A program made the translations under genes and the position numbers. Of a stretch of DNA of 17,590 nt, positions 8,044-17,027 are shown piece by piece. The notes below the pieces were generated by a model. That model was not told the DNA's origin and made no database searches. It was given only the letters and a program-made list of their open reading frames with translations. Every line of letters begins with the position of its first letter. The first letter of the stretch is position 1. Origin of the DNA: Lysobacterales bacterium (lineage in GTDB: Bacteria > Pseudomonadota > Gammaproteobacteria > Xanthomonadales > SZUA-38); the NCBI GenBank assembly GCA_041587615.1, contig JBFGYD010000003.1, positions 1 through 17,590 of the forward strand, read 5' to 3'.

Positions 8044-9882
8044 TCAGCCCTCGAGCAACTTATCCCGACGCTTCAGCAGCGCTTTGATGCGACGCTTGCT
8101 CAACACTCCGTCCAGCGCCTGCTTGAGCGACGCCTCGTCCAGCGCCTCCAACCGCTCCCGCCGCCCGGTTGTCAACTCCAGCGGAATCTCTGCGAGGTGC
8201 TTGGGCCGCCCCCGCTTGCTGCCGAATGCGCCTTGATGACCGACCAGGATGAGCTGCCAGTTATCGGTGCTGTAGCGAATCTGGGCGGTCTGGCGCGGCG
8301 CGGCAAAAATCAGCGTATCGAACAGGTACAGCGCGTTGAACTGGTCGGTGAGCGGGCAAAAGGCGTCGCCTCCCAGGCGGCGCTCGGCGCGCTGCTGCTC
8401 GTCAATCGTGCGCGGGGGCAGGTACTGCAGTTCGCGGGTCTGGCCGTCGATCTCCCGCAGCACCGTGACCGGCACCATGTCGAGCCCCAGCAGCCGGTCC
8501 AGGCGGTAGGCCGCGACTTCGGGAAAGAAGTCGGGCTGGCCGCTGCGCGGCATGACCGCCGCCTCGATCACCGCCGCCCCGTCGGCCACGCCGAGGCGCA
8601 GATTCCCCGCGTCATCCTCGGTGCGAGAAACCAGCTCGCCCGACTCCAACAGGTTCGCAAGTTCGTCGGCGCTCAGGCCCGGTCGGCGCAGACCCACGCG
8701 ACGCGGCTGGGGCATGGCTTGGGCCAGCTCAGGCTCCGACTGATACGCCACCGAGATCCCCGACGGGTCGACAATCAGCGCGGTGGCCCGTCCTTTGTAA
8801 TAGGCGCTGAGCATGCCGGTGTCGATTTCTAACAAGATCCCCTCGAATCGCGCCAGGGCGCGCCGGCTCGGCGTCGGCGTATGCCCGACGACCAGGCGGC
8901 TGACCCCAGCTGCGCGCAGCGCCGCTTTGAGCCGGCCGGCCTCGATCGGCGCCCCGCAGGCGACGTTGCCGCGGTACCACAGCGGGCTCTGAGGGCTGTG
9001 AACGAAGGCGAATTCCAGTTCCTTCAGGCGGGTCGCCGCAGCCGCCGTTTCCTCGCTCCAGCTACGGGTCCCGGCGGCCACGCCGGCCGCGTAGTCGTCC
9101 AGCATCTTGGAGCGGCCGTAAAAATCGCTGGTCAGCGGCAGCACGCCGGCCTCTACCAGGGTCCGATACTCCCGCAAATAGGTCCGGATCTGTTGCGCGG
9201 CCTCTTCGTTGAGGCTGCGAAAGCTTGATTGTGCCGCCGCCTCCGACAGCCCGCCGTGGACGAACGCGGTGTCGTTGACGGCCACGATCACCGGTTTTTC
9301 GAGCAACCACTTGCCGTAACGGCCCTCGGCGCCGAACGCCGCCTTGAGGGCGAAATATCCGGCCGGGTATTGCGCCTCGAAGGCCGCCCGGGCGGCAGGC
9401 ATATCATCCGGCGCACCGTGAAATCGAACGTGTCCGGCCCACCCCCGATCGCGCATCTCGGCGGTTTCATCGGGCGCGAAGGCCGCGTACTCCTCGGCCG
9501 ACACGTAGCGCAAATCGCCGACCAGGTTCATGACCTCGTGGTTGCCCAGCACGACGTGGACCCGCCCGCCGGCCGCGATCGCCTGCGGCTCCAGCGCGAT
9601 CAGCAGATCCATCGCCCGGCGCGAATGCGGTCCGCGATCCAGCAGGTCGCCGACGATGACCAGGTGTGACGCGCCGCCGGTCCAGCGCTCGTCTTCGCCG
9701 ATCAGCCCGGTCTGACGCAGGATTGCGGTCATCTCGTCGAACGCACCGTGGACGTCGGCAATGGCCACGGTTCGGCCCGGGTGCGAGTACCGATGCGGGG
9801 ACGCTTCCTCGGCCCCTCGAACGACCAACGCGTACAACACGACAGATAGTACGGCCGGGGCGATCAGTCTAAATCTGCTCAT
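8044..9882 (-). CDS. Secreted calcineurin-like (PPP-family) metallophosphoesterase with about 270 aa unassigned C-terminal extension
   Basis: Signal peptide, then PPP phosphatase motifs in order: IADVHG (GDxHG), GDLLDRGP (GDxxDRG), GNHE. The C-terminal part (about residues 340-612) is not recognisable. Confidence 0.75.
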   Translation of the reverse strand: MSRFRLIAPAVLSVVLYALVVRGAEEASPHRYSHPGRTVAIADVHGAFDEMTAILRQTGLIGEDERWTGGASHLVIVGDLLDRGPHSRRAMDLLIALEPQAIAAGGRVHVVLGNHEVMNLVGDLRYVSAEEYAAFAPDETAEMRDRGWAGHVRFHGAPDDMPAARAAFEAQYPAGYFALKAAFGAEGRYGKWLLEKPVIVAVNDTAFVHGGLSEAAAQSSFRSLNEEAAQQIRTYLREYRTLVEAGVLPLTSDFYGRSKMLDDYAAGVAAGTRSWSEETAAAATRLKELEFAFVHSPQSPLWYRGNVACGAPIEAGRLKAALRAAGVSRLVVGHTPTPSRRALARFEGILLEIDTGMLSAYYKGRATALIVDPSGISVAYQSEPELAQAMPQPRRVGLRRPGLSADELANLLESGELVSRTEDDAGNLRLGVADGAAVIEAAVMPRSGQPDFFPEVAAYRLDRLLGLDMVPVTVLREIDGQTRELQYLPPRTIDEQQRAERRLGGDAFCPLTDQFNALYLFDTLIFAAPRQTAQIRYSTDNWQLILVGHQGAFGSKRGRPKHLAEIPLELTTGRRERLEALDEASLKQALDGVLSKRRIKALLKRRDKLLEG

Positions 9883-9983
9883 CTGTTGGGGTCACGCAGC
9901 CCCCGGTTTTGGGAGATATGGACGGGCAATATGCTAGGCTGTTGCCTCCAAGCTCACAACTTCGGCTCACCTGGAGAAGCGTT

Positions 9984-11015
9984 TTGAGAACACTGCCCGC
10001 GGTGGCCGCGCTCGGCCTGCTCGCGGGTCTGCAATCCGCCGCCGCGGCCGAGCCCGATCCGCTATTCGCCGGAACCGGACTCGTTGCCGTCACCATCGAA
10101 GCGCCATTTTCTCAGATCCATTCAGATCGGAGCGAGGAAGCCGAGTACCAGCCCGGGGTTTTGACCTACATCGAGGCCGACGGTTCGCGCGTCAGCCTCG
10201 ACGTCGGCCTGAAGCCGAGGGGCATCTTCCGCCGACAGGCCGAAATCTGCGAGTATCCGCCGCTGCGGCTCAACTTCAAGAAGAGCCAGGTCGCCGGAAC
10301 GCTATTTGCGGGTCAAGACAAACTCAAACTCGTCACCGAATGCACCAGCCGCAACGAGGCCAAGCAGTTCGTCCTTAAGGAGTACCTCGCCTACCGAATC
10401 TTCAATCAGATCACCGAGCGAAGTTTTCGCGCGCGCCTGCTCGAGGTCACCTACGCCGAGGCCGGCGGAAAGACTCGCACGGCTCCCGCGTTCCTGATCG
10501 AGCATGAGGACGCGATGGCGCGCCGCAGCGGAGCCGCGGTTCAGGAAATGGTTCGCATCCGTCCGTCCGAACTGGACCCCACCCACACCAACCTGGTCGA
10601 GTTATTCCAGTACCTGATCGGCAACACCGATTTTTCGATGACCAGCGGCGCCCAGGACGCCTGTTGCCACAACGTGGTGCCGATCGCCGAGACGCCCGGG
10701 ACCTATTACATCGTGCCCTACGACTTCGACTTCGCCGGGCTGGTGGCGCCGCGCTATGCCCAACCGAACCCAAAGCTCGGGATCCGCAGCGTGAAACAGC
10801 GTCTGTATCGGGGCATGTGCGTCACCGCCCACGGCCTCGAGGCATCGGCGGCGATATTCAACGAGGCCAGACCGTCGATCGACGCCGAGATCGCGGCGGT
10901 GCCCGGGTTGACCGATTGGGCCGCCCGCGCCGTGCGTAAGTACATCGACGGGTTCTACTCGACGATCAACGATCCGCGAAGAATGAACAAGCGGCTTCGG
11001 GACAAGTGCCGGTAG
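9984..11015 (+). CDS. Secreted hypothetical protein with possible atypical kinase-like catalytic motif spacing
   Basis: Long ORF with coding-like composition. TTG at 9984 is preferred as start: it follows a GGAGAAG SD with a 7 nt spacer and yields a Sec signal (MRTLPAVAALGLLAGLQSAAAAEP). In-frame TTG 9909 and ATG 9918 are alternatives. Mature region has DACCHN followed 22 aa later by DFDFAG, the spacing of catalytic loop D-x4-N and DFG in kinase-like folds (inference). Confidence 0.6.
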   Translation: MRTLPAVAALGLLAGLQSAAAAEPDPLFAGTGLVAVTIEAPFSQIHSDRSEEAEYQPGVLTYIEADGSRVSLDVGLKPRGIFRRQAEICEYPPLRLNFKKSQVAGTLFAGQDKLKLVTECTSRNEAKQFVLKEYLAYRIFNQITERSFRARLLEVTYAEAGGKTRTAPAFLIEHEDAMARRSGAAVQEMVRIRPSELDPTHTNLVELFQYLIGNTDFSMTSGAQDACCHNVVPIAETPGTYYIVPYDFDFAGLVAPRYAQPNPKLGIRSVKQRLYRGMCVTAHGLEASAAIFNEARPSIDAEIAAVPGLTDWAARAVRKYIDGFYSTINDPRRMNKRLRDKCR

Positions 11016-11068
11016 CCGTATCGCTCACCCGCAGGTGATCGATACTCGTCAAAAGACTCGAGGGGTCG

Positions 11069-12004
11069 TCAGATCTCGAGCCAGTCGGCGATCAGGCGGA
11101 TGACTCTCGGATGGATCAGATAGCCCACCGATGAGTGCGGATTGGATTTACCGAAGCGCACCGCCAGGCTGTAGATCTTGTGGTCCTGAATCGCGCTGAT
11201 CAACTGCTGTTTCAACATCGGCGAAAAATCATCGGCCACGGTCTTGTCGTGGGACATGTAGTCGTCCTCGGCGGCCACGTTGTGCCAGCGCACGATGTTT
11301 GCCGGATAGCGTTCCGGACCCTTTTCCGCTGCTCCCTTGAGTTTGCCTTTGACCGTCTCGTTACCCAGCGGCGACCCCAGCGTGATCCAGCTCTCGATCT
11401 TGGCCGCACTGCCGGTGCCGTCGGACTCGTGGCACAGTTGCCACAGCGCGTCGTAAACGACCACCGCACCAATGCCGTGGGACAGCACCAGGATGTCGTC
11501 GCCACGCCGGAGCGCCGCCCCCAGACGGGTCGCGACCCGCGCCAGCACCGTGCGGTGGTCTTCGCCTTCGCCCTGCCAGTAATGCCCCAGCTCTGGAACC
11601 AGCTTTCTGATGACCAGCTCTGACAGGCCAACGCCCTTGAGCACCGGAGCGGCCACGTCGGCGGCGAATTCCTTGAGTGAAGTCTTGCCCGGGAGCTGGT
11701 CGTAACGCGCCAGCGTGAACTTTTTCGCCTTGTCCACCGCGCCGAGTTCCTTTAGCGCGTAGTGGCGGTCGCGCAGATCCAGGGCCGCATCGTAGCTGAG
11801 ACCCGCGGCGCTCAGCAGTGCAAGGTTCAAATCGCCGTAGTAGGCCATCTCGCGGCCAACCGCGTCGAACGCAGCCACCTGCTCCGGGCGGTCGCGCACG
11901 ATGCCGGCTCGAATCGCGTCGCGGCAAATCGCGCCCAGATCCGCGGCCCCCGGTTTGAAACCGCGACTGTGCACGTAGATCAGCGTCTTGGGCCTGGCAC
12001 TCAT
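11069..12004 (-). CDS. Alpha/beta-hydrolase-fold protein (esterase/lipase-like)
   Basis: Start ATG at 12004 (MSARPKTLIYVHSRGF) is 16 nt after the upstream gene's stop. A beta-strand/oxyanion-like N-terminus, a VLSHG variant of the GxSxG nucleophile elbow, and later Asp/His candidates (EDDYMSHD). The longer ORF to 12166 overlaps the upstream gene and is rejected. Family not identified. Confidence 0.55.
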   Translation of the reverse strand: MSARPKTLIYVHSRGFKPGAADLGAICRDAIRAGIVRDRPEQVAAFDAVGREMAYYGDLNLALLSAAGLSYDAALDLRDRHYALKELGAVDKAKKFTLARYDQLPGKTSLKEFAADVAAPVLKGVGLSELVIRKLVPELGHYWQGEGEDHRTVLARVATRLGAALRRGDDILVLSHGIGAVVVYDALWQLCHESDGTGSAAKIESWITLGSPLGNETVKGKLKGAAEKGPERYPANIVRWHNVAAEDDYMSHDKTVADDFSPMLKQQLISAIQDHKIYSLAVRFGKSNPHSSVGYLIHPRVIRLIADWLEI

Positions 12005-12020
12005 AGAGGATGACCGGGAG

Positions 12021-12896
12021 TCATTGCAGCAAACGGTAGATCGCCAGGCGAGCGCGGCGGCGCCCGCCTTCGTCGGCCAGGAACAGCATACCATCCGAAC
12101 CGATCGCGACGCCCTCGGTCTGGCGGTGCTGGAAACCGGACGGCAGTTCGAGCGCGTCGAGCGCATCGCCGCCGGCGTCCAGTTCCAGCAGCAGCGAGCG
12201 CCTCGCGCTGATCAGGAATCGGTGACCGCTGCGCGGATCGATGGCTATGCCTGAGGCAGGGAAACGCCGCAACCCAGTGATTCGCTTCAGGTCCTTTCGG
12301 GAAACGACCACATCCAGCTCCGGCCGGCGGGTCTTCGAATCGATCGACCAGGCGAAGATCTTCAGTCCGGCTTGATCCGATTTCGATCGGATGTCCTTGC
12401 ACGGGAGCAGTAGCGCGCGCGTATCGCGGTCGAAGCCGAGCCCCTCGAACTCGCATTCCCGCGCGAGACCCGGATCGAAATGCTCGAACGACACGCGCTC
12501 GTCGGGGCCGCCCTCCGGCCCGAGGAAGAGTTCGCCAGCACTGTTCGAGAGCACGAATTCCCCATCGACCACGGCGATGCCCTCGAAGTCCCCGAGAACC
12601 GGTTCGCCGAAAGCGAAGGACTTCGCTATACCTCCGCGCTCGTAATCCAGCTCGTGGATGACCGCGCGCTCGTCGTCATGGGCAAAAAGGCGGCCATCAA
12701 AGCTCAGCGCCAGGCCGGAGATCTCCTTGAGCGCCGCAGGCAGCTTCCACTGAACGGCGCCGCCGGCATCAATCCTGAGCGCCGCGGATCCGGGATCTTC
12801 GTTCGCCAGCGCTGCTGTCTCGGGCGGCCCTTCGCAGGCGCTGGCCAGCAGGACAGCGGACGACGTCAACGCGACGAGCAGGCGATACCGGTGCAT
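12021..12896 (-). CDS. SdiA-regulated/phytase-like beta-propeller lipoprotein or periplasmic protein
   Basis: N-terminal signal ending in LLASAC (lipobox-like). Repeated blade-like motifs EISGLA, DFEGIAV, EFEGLGF, EGVAIGSDG. ATG at 12896; GTG at 12911 is an alternative. Confidence 0.55.
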   Translation of the reverse strand: MHRYRLLVALTSSAVLLASACEGPPETAALANEDPGSAALRIDAGGAVQWKLPAALKEISGLALSFDGRLFAHDDERAVIHELDYERGGIAKSFAFGEPVLGDFEGIAVVDGEFVLSNSAGELFLGPEGGPDERVSFEHFDPGLARECEFEGLGFDRDTRALLLPCKDIRSKSDQAGLKIFAWSIDSKTRRPELDVVVSRKDLKRITGLRRFPASGIAIDPRSGHRFLISARRSLLLELDAGGDALDALELPSGFQHRQTEGVAIGSDGMLFLADEGGRRRARLAIYRLLQ

Positions 12897-12923
12897 GGTC
12901 CAACCCGGCACTCGGGCCGCGGC

Positions 12924-13565
12924 TCATTCATCGGTTTCGCCGCCTCGTCGGGTCAGCAGCGAGAAAAAGGGACTGGTCAAGGAACGCCCGTAGCCCAGAT
13001 TCCACAGCAGCAGATTCGCGTATACGAACGTGATCGACATCACCGCCGCGACGCTCAGCGCGCCGATGCCCGCGGCCAGCCCGATGCCGATCGCGACGAA
13101 GATGTACAGCGCGTGGGCTGGCCGGTTGAGCGTGAACCGGAACCGAACCGCGGCGACGATCCCGGCCAGGCTGAACGCCAGCGCCAGGCTGTTCTGGACG
13201 ATCATCGCGATGCCGGCCACGATGATGGGCAGCACGACGATCGTCTGGACGAACGAGGCCTCGAGTTCTTTGCCGCGGCTGGTGATGAAATAGACCCACG
13301 AGACCGGGACGATGAGCACGATCGTGCCGATGATCGCCACGAACAGGCGGATCGAGTCCAGCGGGTCGAGCAGGTCGCGGGCTTCGGTTCGCACCAGCTC
13401 GAACTGATCCGCGCCATCGGCCAGCAGCGCGCTGATGCCGTCCAGGGGCAGATAGTCCCGCAAGCCCGGAAACGACTTGGCGACCACGACGAACGCCGCG
13501 ATGAACGCGACGTAATAGATGGTGATCACGCCAACCGGAATGGCCAGGTTCGACGACTTACGCAT
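12924..13565 (-). CDS. Small polytopic inner-membrane protein (5-6 predicted TM helices), family unassigned (possibly DUF4956-like)
   Basis: 213 aa with five strongly hydrophobic segments and an acidic C-terminus. 63 nt downstream of the reductase stop with no intervening terminator. Confidence 0.65.
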   Translation of the reverse strand: MRKSSNLAIPVGVITIYYVAFIAAFVVVAKSFPGLRDYLPLDGISALLADGADQFELVRTEARDLLDPLDSIRLFVAIIGTIVLIVPVSWVYFITSRGKELEASFVQTIVVLPIIVAGIAMIVQNSLALAFSLAGIVAAVRFRFTLNRPAHALYIFVAIGIGLAAGIGALSVAAVMSITFVYANLLLWNLGYGRSLTSPFFSLLTRRGGETDE

Positions 13566-13628
13566 GGCTTTACCCGTGGGCCCGCGGTGTGCGGGCAGGA
13601 TACTGTGATCACGCGGGGATAGAAAGGC

Positions 13629-15008
13629 TCAGCGAAGCGGTTCCAGGCCCTGCAGCACGGTAGGCAGCAGCTCGGTCACGGTCGGATGAATATGGGTGGC
13701 CCGCGAAACCACGGTGTAGGGTTGCTCGGCGTACATCACGTCCAGCAGCGAGTGGACGACCTCGTCACCGTTGAGACCCAGAACCGACGCGCCCAGGATA
13801 TGCTCGGTCTCGGCGTCGACCAGGATTTTGATGAAGCCGCGCGTCTCGCCGAATTCCCGGGCGCGGCCCACGCGACTCATGGGTCGGGTCCCGATGAGTG
13901 CCGGTCGCCCCGACTCGCGCACCTGGCGCTCCGTCAGGCCGACCCGACCCAGCGGCGGATCGATAAACAGGCCGTAGCACGCGATGCGATCTGACACCCG
14001 CCGCTTGTCGCCGTCCAACAGGTTGGCCGCGACGATCTCGAAATCGTTGTATGAGGTGTGCGTAAACGCGCCGCGCCCGTTGACCTCGCCGAGCGCCCAG
14101 ATGTTCGGGGCGCTGGTGCGCAGCTCGTCGTCCACGGTGATATAGCCGCGAGCGTTGGTTTCGATCCCGGCGTGTCCCAGACCGAGATCGTGAGTATTGG
14201 GGGTGCGCCCGACGGCCAGCAGCAGGTGAGACCCGTCGATCGGGGTCGAGTCGTCGCGGCAGTCGATCCCCATCCTAACCCCGTCTTCCCCGCGTTCGAA
14301 GCCGATGCACTCGGCTCCCAGCCGCACCGTGACTCCCTCGCCTTCGAGAATATCGCGCACGGCTTCCGAAACGTCCGAATCCTCGCGGGCGATCAGCCGG
14401 TCATTCATTTCGACGACGGTGACCGCTGAGCCGAAGCGCCGGTACATCTGGGCAAACTCGAGCCCGATGTAGCTGCCCCCGACGATCAGCAGGTGCTCGG
14501 GAAGAAAATCCACCTGCATCATGCCGGAGTTGGTCAAAGGGTCGACCTGCTCCAGGCCGGGCATGTCCGGAATCCGCGCCCGCGCGCCCACATCGATGAA
14601 AAATCGCTCCGCCTTCAGCGTCTCCCCGTTGACGTCGACCGAGTGGGGGTCGTTGAACTTGGCGTGACCCCGAATCAGGGTCACGTTCTCCATCCCCTCG
14701 ATCCAGGCGCCGACTCCGGCGTTCGAGGCCCCGGCGATTTGGTCCTTGCGCGCCTTGACCCGGCCCATGTCGACCTCGACCGAGGGACCAACGCCCACGC
14801 CGAACTCCGCCGCGTTCCGCGCCATGTAGGCGACCCGAGCACTGCCAACCAGTGTCTTGGTCGGAATGCAGCCGACGTTGACACAGGTCCCGCCGACCAG
14901 GTGTCGCTCGATGATGGCGGTCTTGTGGCCCGCCTGGCCCAGGCGCTCGGCCAGAGGCGGTCCCGCTTGACCGGCACCGATGACGATCGCGTCGTAGCTG
15001 GTGCTCAT
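13629..15008 (-). CDS. Class I FAD-dependent pyridine nucleotide-disulfide oxidoreductase (dihydrolipoamide dehydrogenase / RclA / MerA-like)
   Basis: Start ATG at 15008 (MSTSYDAIVIGAGQAGP) preceded by a GGAG SD. Redox-active GGTCVNVGCIPTK, NADH-binding GGSYIGLEF, C-terminal HIHPTVTE interface motif. No MerA C-terminal Cys pair and no HMA domain. 459 aa. The ORF track extends in frame to 15392 (see findings). Confidence 0.85.
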   Translation of the reverse strand: MSTSYDAIVIGAGQAGPPLAERLGQAGHKTAIIERHLVGGTCVNVGCIPTKTLVGSARVAYMARNAAEFGVGVGPSVEVDMGRVKARKDQIAGASNAGVGAWIEGMENVTLIRGHAKFNDPHSVDVNGETLKAERFFIDVGARARIPDMPGLEQVDPLTNSGMMQVDFLPEHLLIVGGSYIGLEFAQMYRRFGSAVTVVEMNDRLIAREDSDVSEAVRDILEGEGVTVRLGAECIGFERGEDGVRMGIDCRDDSTPIDGSHLLLAVGRTPNTHDLGLGHAGIETNARGYITVDDELRTSAPNIWALGEVNGRGAFTHTSYNDFEIVAANLLDGDKRRVSDRIACYGLFIDPPLGRVGLTERQVRESGRPALIGTRPMSRVGRAREFGETRGFIKILVDAETEHILGASVLGLNGDEVVHSLLDVMYAEQPYTVVSRATHIHPTVTELLPTVLQGLEPLR

Positions 15009-15390
15009 CGGACACTCCGTTGTGGCACGGAAGGAGCCCGTAATGGTATGCCACGGCAACCGGGGGCGCCACCGCTCGCATTTGATCCGCGTTTCGGTCT
15101 CTTGTCGATCAGTCGCAAGCGACGTGCCCGCTCCCCTCGCGCCGGCACCAGGACGCGCCCGGTAGGCGACGATACCGGCGCGCTCCGAGTATTCGCCGAA
15201 GCGGGGATGGCGGCGCAGCGGTCGCAGCAGCAGCGTACACGCATACTCGGGCAGGTTCGCAAAGCCGTCGTCCAGCGCCGCGATGTCTGTGACCACGACG
15301 TGGTCGATTTCGCCTGCGTAAACGAGCAGCTTGCGTGCGATCCTGAAGCCGAACGGACCGCCCGCGGTCGCGGTTGTTAACCATAGGATC

Positions 15391-15429
15391 AAAAAAAGGC
15401 GCCCGTGGCCATTTGGCCGCGGGCGCCTG
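15391..15429 (-). terminator. Rho-independent terminator of SPFH gene 1
   Basis: A 14-bp GC-rich stem (AGGCGCCCGTGGCC / GGCCGCGGGCGCCT with one G-U) and loop ATTT begin 1 nt after the stop codon. It is followed on the - strand by T7 (A-run at 15391-15397 on +). Confidence 0.7.
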
Positions 15430-16572
15430 TTAGCGCTTGATACGAACGAGTTCGTTGAGAACGCCGTCCAGACCGCCGTACACCGAGAGGGTTCCGATGT
15501 TCTCGGTAACCTTCTCCAGCGCCTCGAGCTCCTTGAGCCGCAGCGCGGTCGGGTTGTCTTCCATGACCTTGGCGGTGTTCAGCAGCGAACGGGTCGCGTT
15601 GGTTTCCTCGCGACGCCGGATCACGTTCGCCTGGGCCGCTTTGTCGGCCTCCACCACCTTGCCCAGGATCTCCTTCATGTCACCCGGCAGGATGATGTCC
15701 TTGACCCCGATACCGCGCACCTCGATGCCGATCTCGGCGAACTTGTCGGCGACGTGCTCGAACACCACCGTGTCCACGGCACGCTTGTCCTCCAGCAGCG
15801 CGTCCAGAGTCCGAGTGCCGACCGCGGCGCGCAGGCCGAACTGAATCTCCTTGTACAGAAAATCCAGCGGATCCTTGACCGCGTTGACCGCCTTGAGCGC
15901 GTCGGTGAACCGATACGTGGCGGTCAGGTTGATCCGCAGACCCACCTTGTCCCTGGTCAGGATTTCCTGGCCGCCCACCTCCATGCTCGCCACACGCAGG
16001 TCGTAAAGCTCCATGTGGAGACCGCGGTTGAACTTCCAGAACACGTGCAGACCCGGCTTCAGCTCGCGGATCAGCTCCGCGTCAACGCAGAGCAGACCAA
16101 CGTAACCCATCGGAACCCCGCACGAGTAGACCGCATCCTTGGCGATCGACCCGCGATCTCCCCTGATGTCGGCCACCAGCGCATTGGCGATTCGCGGCGC
16201 CACGTCAAAGTTCTCGGTGATGTCCACGATCTCCGCCGTGGTCTCGACCACGCCCTTCCAGTACAGGACGCGACGGTCCGGGCCGATGACGTCGGCAAGG
16301 CGGCCGTTTTTGTAGATCACCGCCACTTCGTTGATGCCGGTTTCGATCACCTCGAACAGTTCCTTGACTTCGTCGGCGTAGGCCTTGACGAACAGATCCG
16401 CCAGGCGGTGCTCAAAGGCCGGCAGCGACGCATCGTAGCGCTCCACTTCCACGTGCTTTCGCGGATCGAAGAAGCGATAGATGCCCGGCGCCAGGAAGCG
16501 CACGAAGTCGCCCTTGCGATACAGCAGACCGCGCTCGTGCTTGCGCACGACAAACTCGCGTACGAACAGCAT
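15430..16572 (-). CDS. SPFH/band-7 (stomatin/flotillin-like) domain protein without N-terminal TM segment
   Basis: SPFH core (QEILTRDKVGLRINLTATYRF...) with a C-terminal coiled-coil tail. ATG at 16572 has GAAGGAGGA 7 nt upstream; ATG 16578 is too close to the SD. Followed by a strong intrinsic terminator. Confidence 0.8.
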   Translation of the reverse strand: MLFVREFVVRKHERGLLYRKGDFVRFLAPGIYRFFDPRKHVEVERYDASLPAFEHRLADLFVKAYADEVKELFEVIETGINEVAVIYKNGRLADVIGPDRRVLYWKGVVETTAEIVDITENFDVAPRIANALVADIRGDRGSIAKDAVYSCGVPMGYVGLLCVDAELIRELKPGLHVFWKFNRGLHMELYDLRVASMEVGGQEILTRDKVGLRINLTATYRFTDALKAVNAVKDPLDFLYKEIQFGLRAAVGTRTLDALLEDKRAVDTVVFEHVADKFAEIGIEVRGIGVKDIILPGDMKEILGKVVEADKAAQANVIRRREETNATRSLLNTAKVMEDNPTALRLKELEALEKVTENIGTLSVYGGLDGVLNELVRIKR

Positions 16573-17027
16573 GATCATTCCTCCTTCTTCCGTTGTTACA
16601 TTCCCGTTCCGAATCCGGAATGGGCCCATGGCGGCGCTCGGCCGCCAAGCTCGTTTAGTGCCCTGGCACTACTCAACGCTGCCGCCCGCTCGAGCGGACG
16701 AATTCACAAGATTCATGAGCGGCGATCCCCACACACCGAGCGCGGGCGGGCGGGCCCGACCGGCCGGATCCGGATCGGCCCAACCGGCCGATCCTCAATG
16801 CGCATCGCGCGCGCTTGAGGAGCGGCGACCGGGTGGACCCGAACCGGGCCGGGTCGCGACCACGCTCACCGGCGAGCGGCATGCCGTGCCGCGCAAGCGG
16901 GCGCCGACCGAGGCCGTCACACGCGTCGCGCACCACCGGGGATCGCCGCGGGTCATGGCGATACCGTCGCCGACGGGTGGCTTAACACCACGAGGCTTGC
17001 GCCTCAGCCTTCGGCACCTAAAGCCGA

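Noticed and set aside
7912-8832. 306-aa + strand ORF spanning the IR element and antisense to the phosphoesterase gene
   Set aside because: It starts inside the inverted-repeat element, and the protein is low-complexity. The opposite strand encodes a protein with canonical PPP phosphatase motifs.
13629-15008. Mercuric reductase (merA) identity for the CVNVGC flavoprotein
   Set aside because: No N-terminal HMA (GMTCxxC) domain, no C-terminal Cys-Cys pair, and no merR/merT/merP nearby. Assigned only to the broader Lpd/RclA-like class.
14493-15380. 295-aa + strand ORF antisense to the reductase
   Set aside because: The opposite strand encodes an unmistakable flavoprotein disulfide reductase. 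This frame is a compositional artefact.
6964-17027. Classical tRNA-integrated genomic island with att duplication
   Set aside because: No integrase or recombinase gene. The 3' ends of the three tRNA-like elements share no extended identical segment that could be an attL/attR direct repeat. Only the compositional shift is reported.
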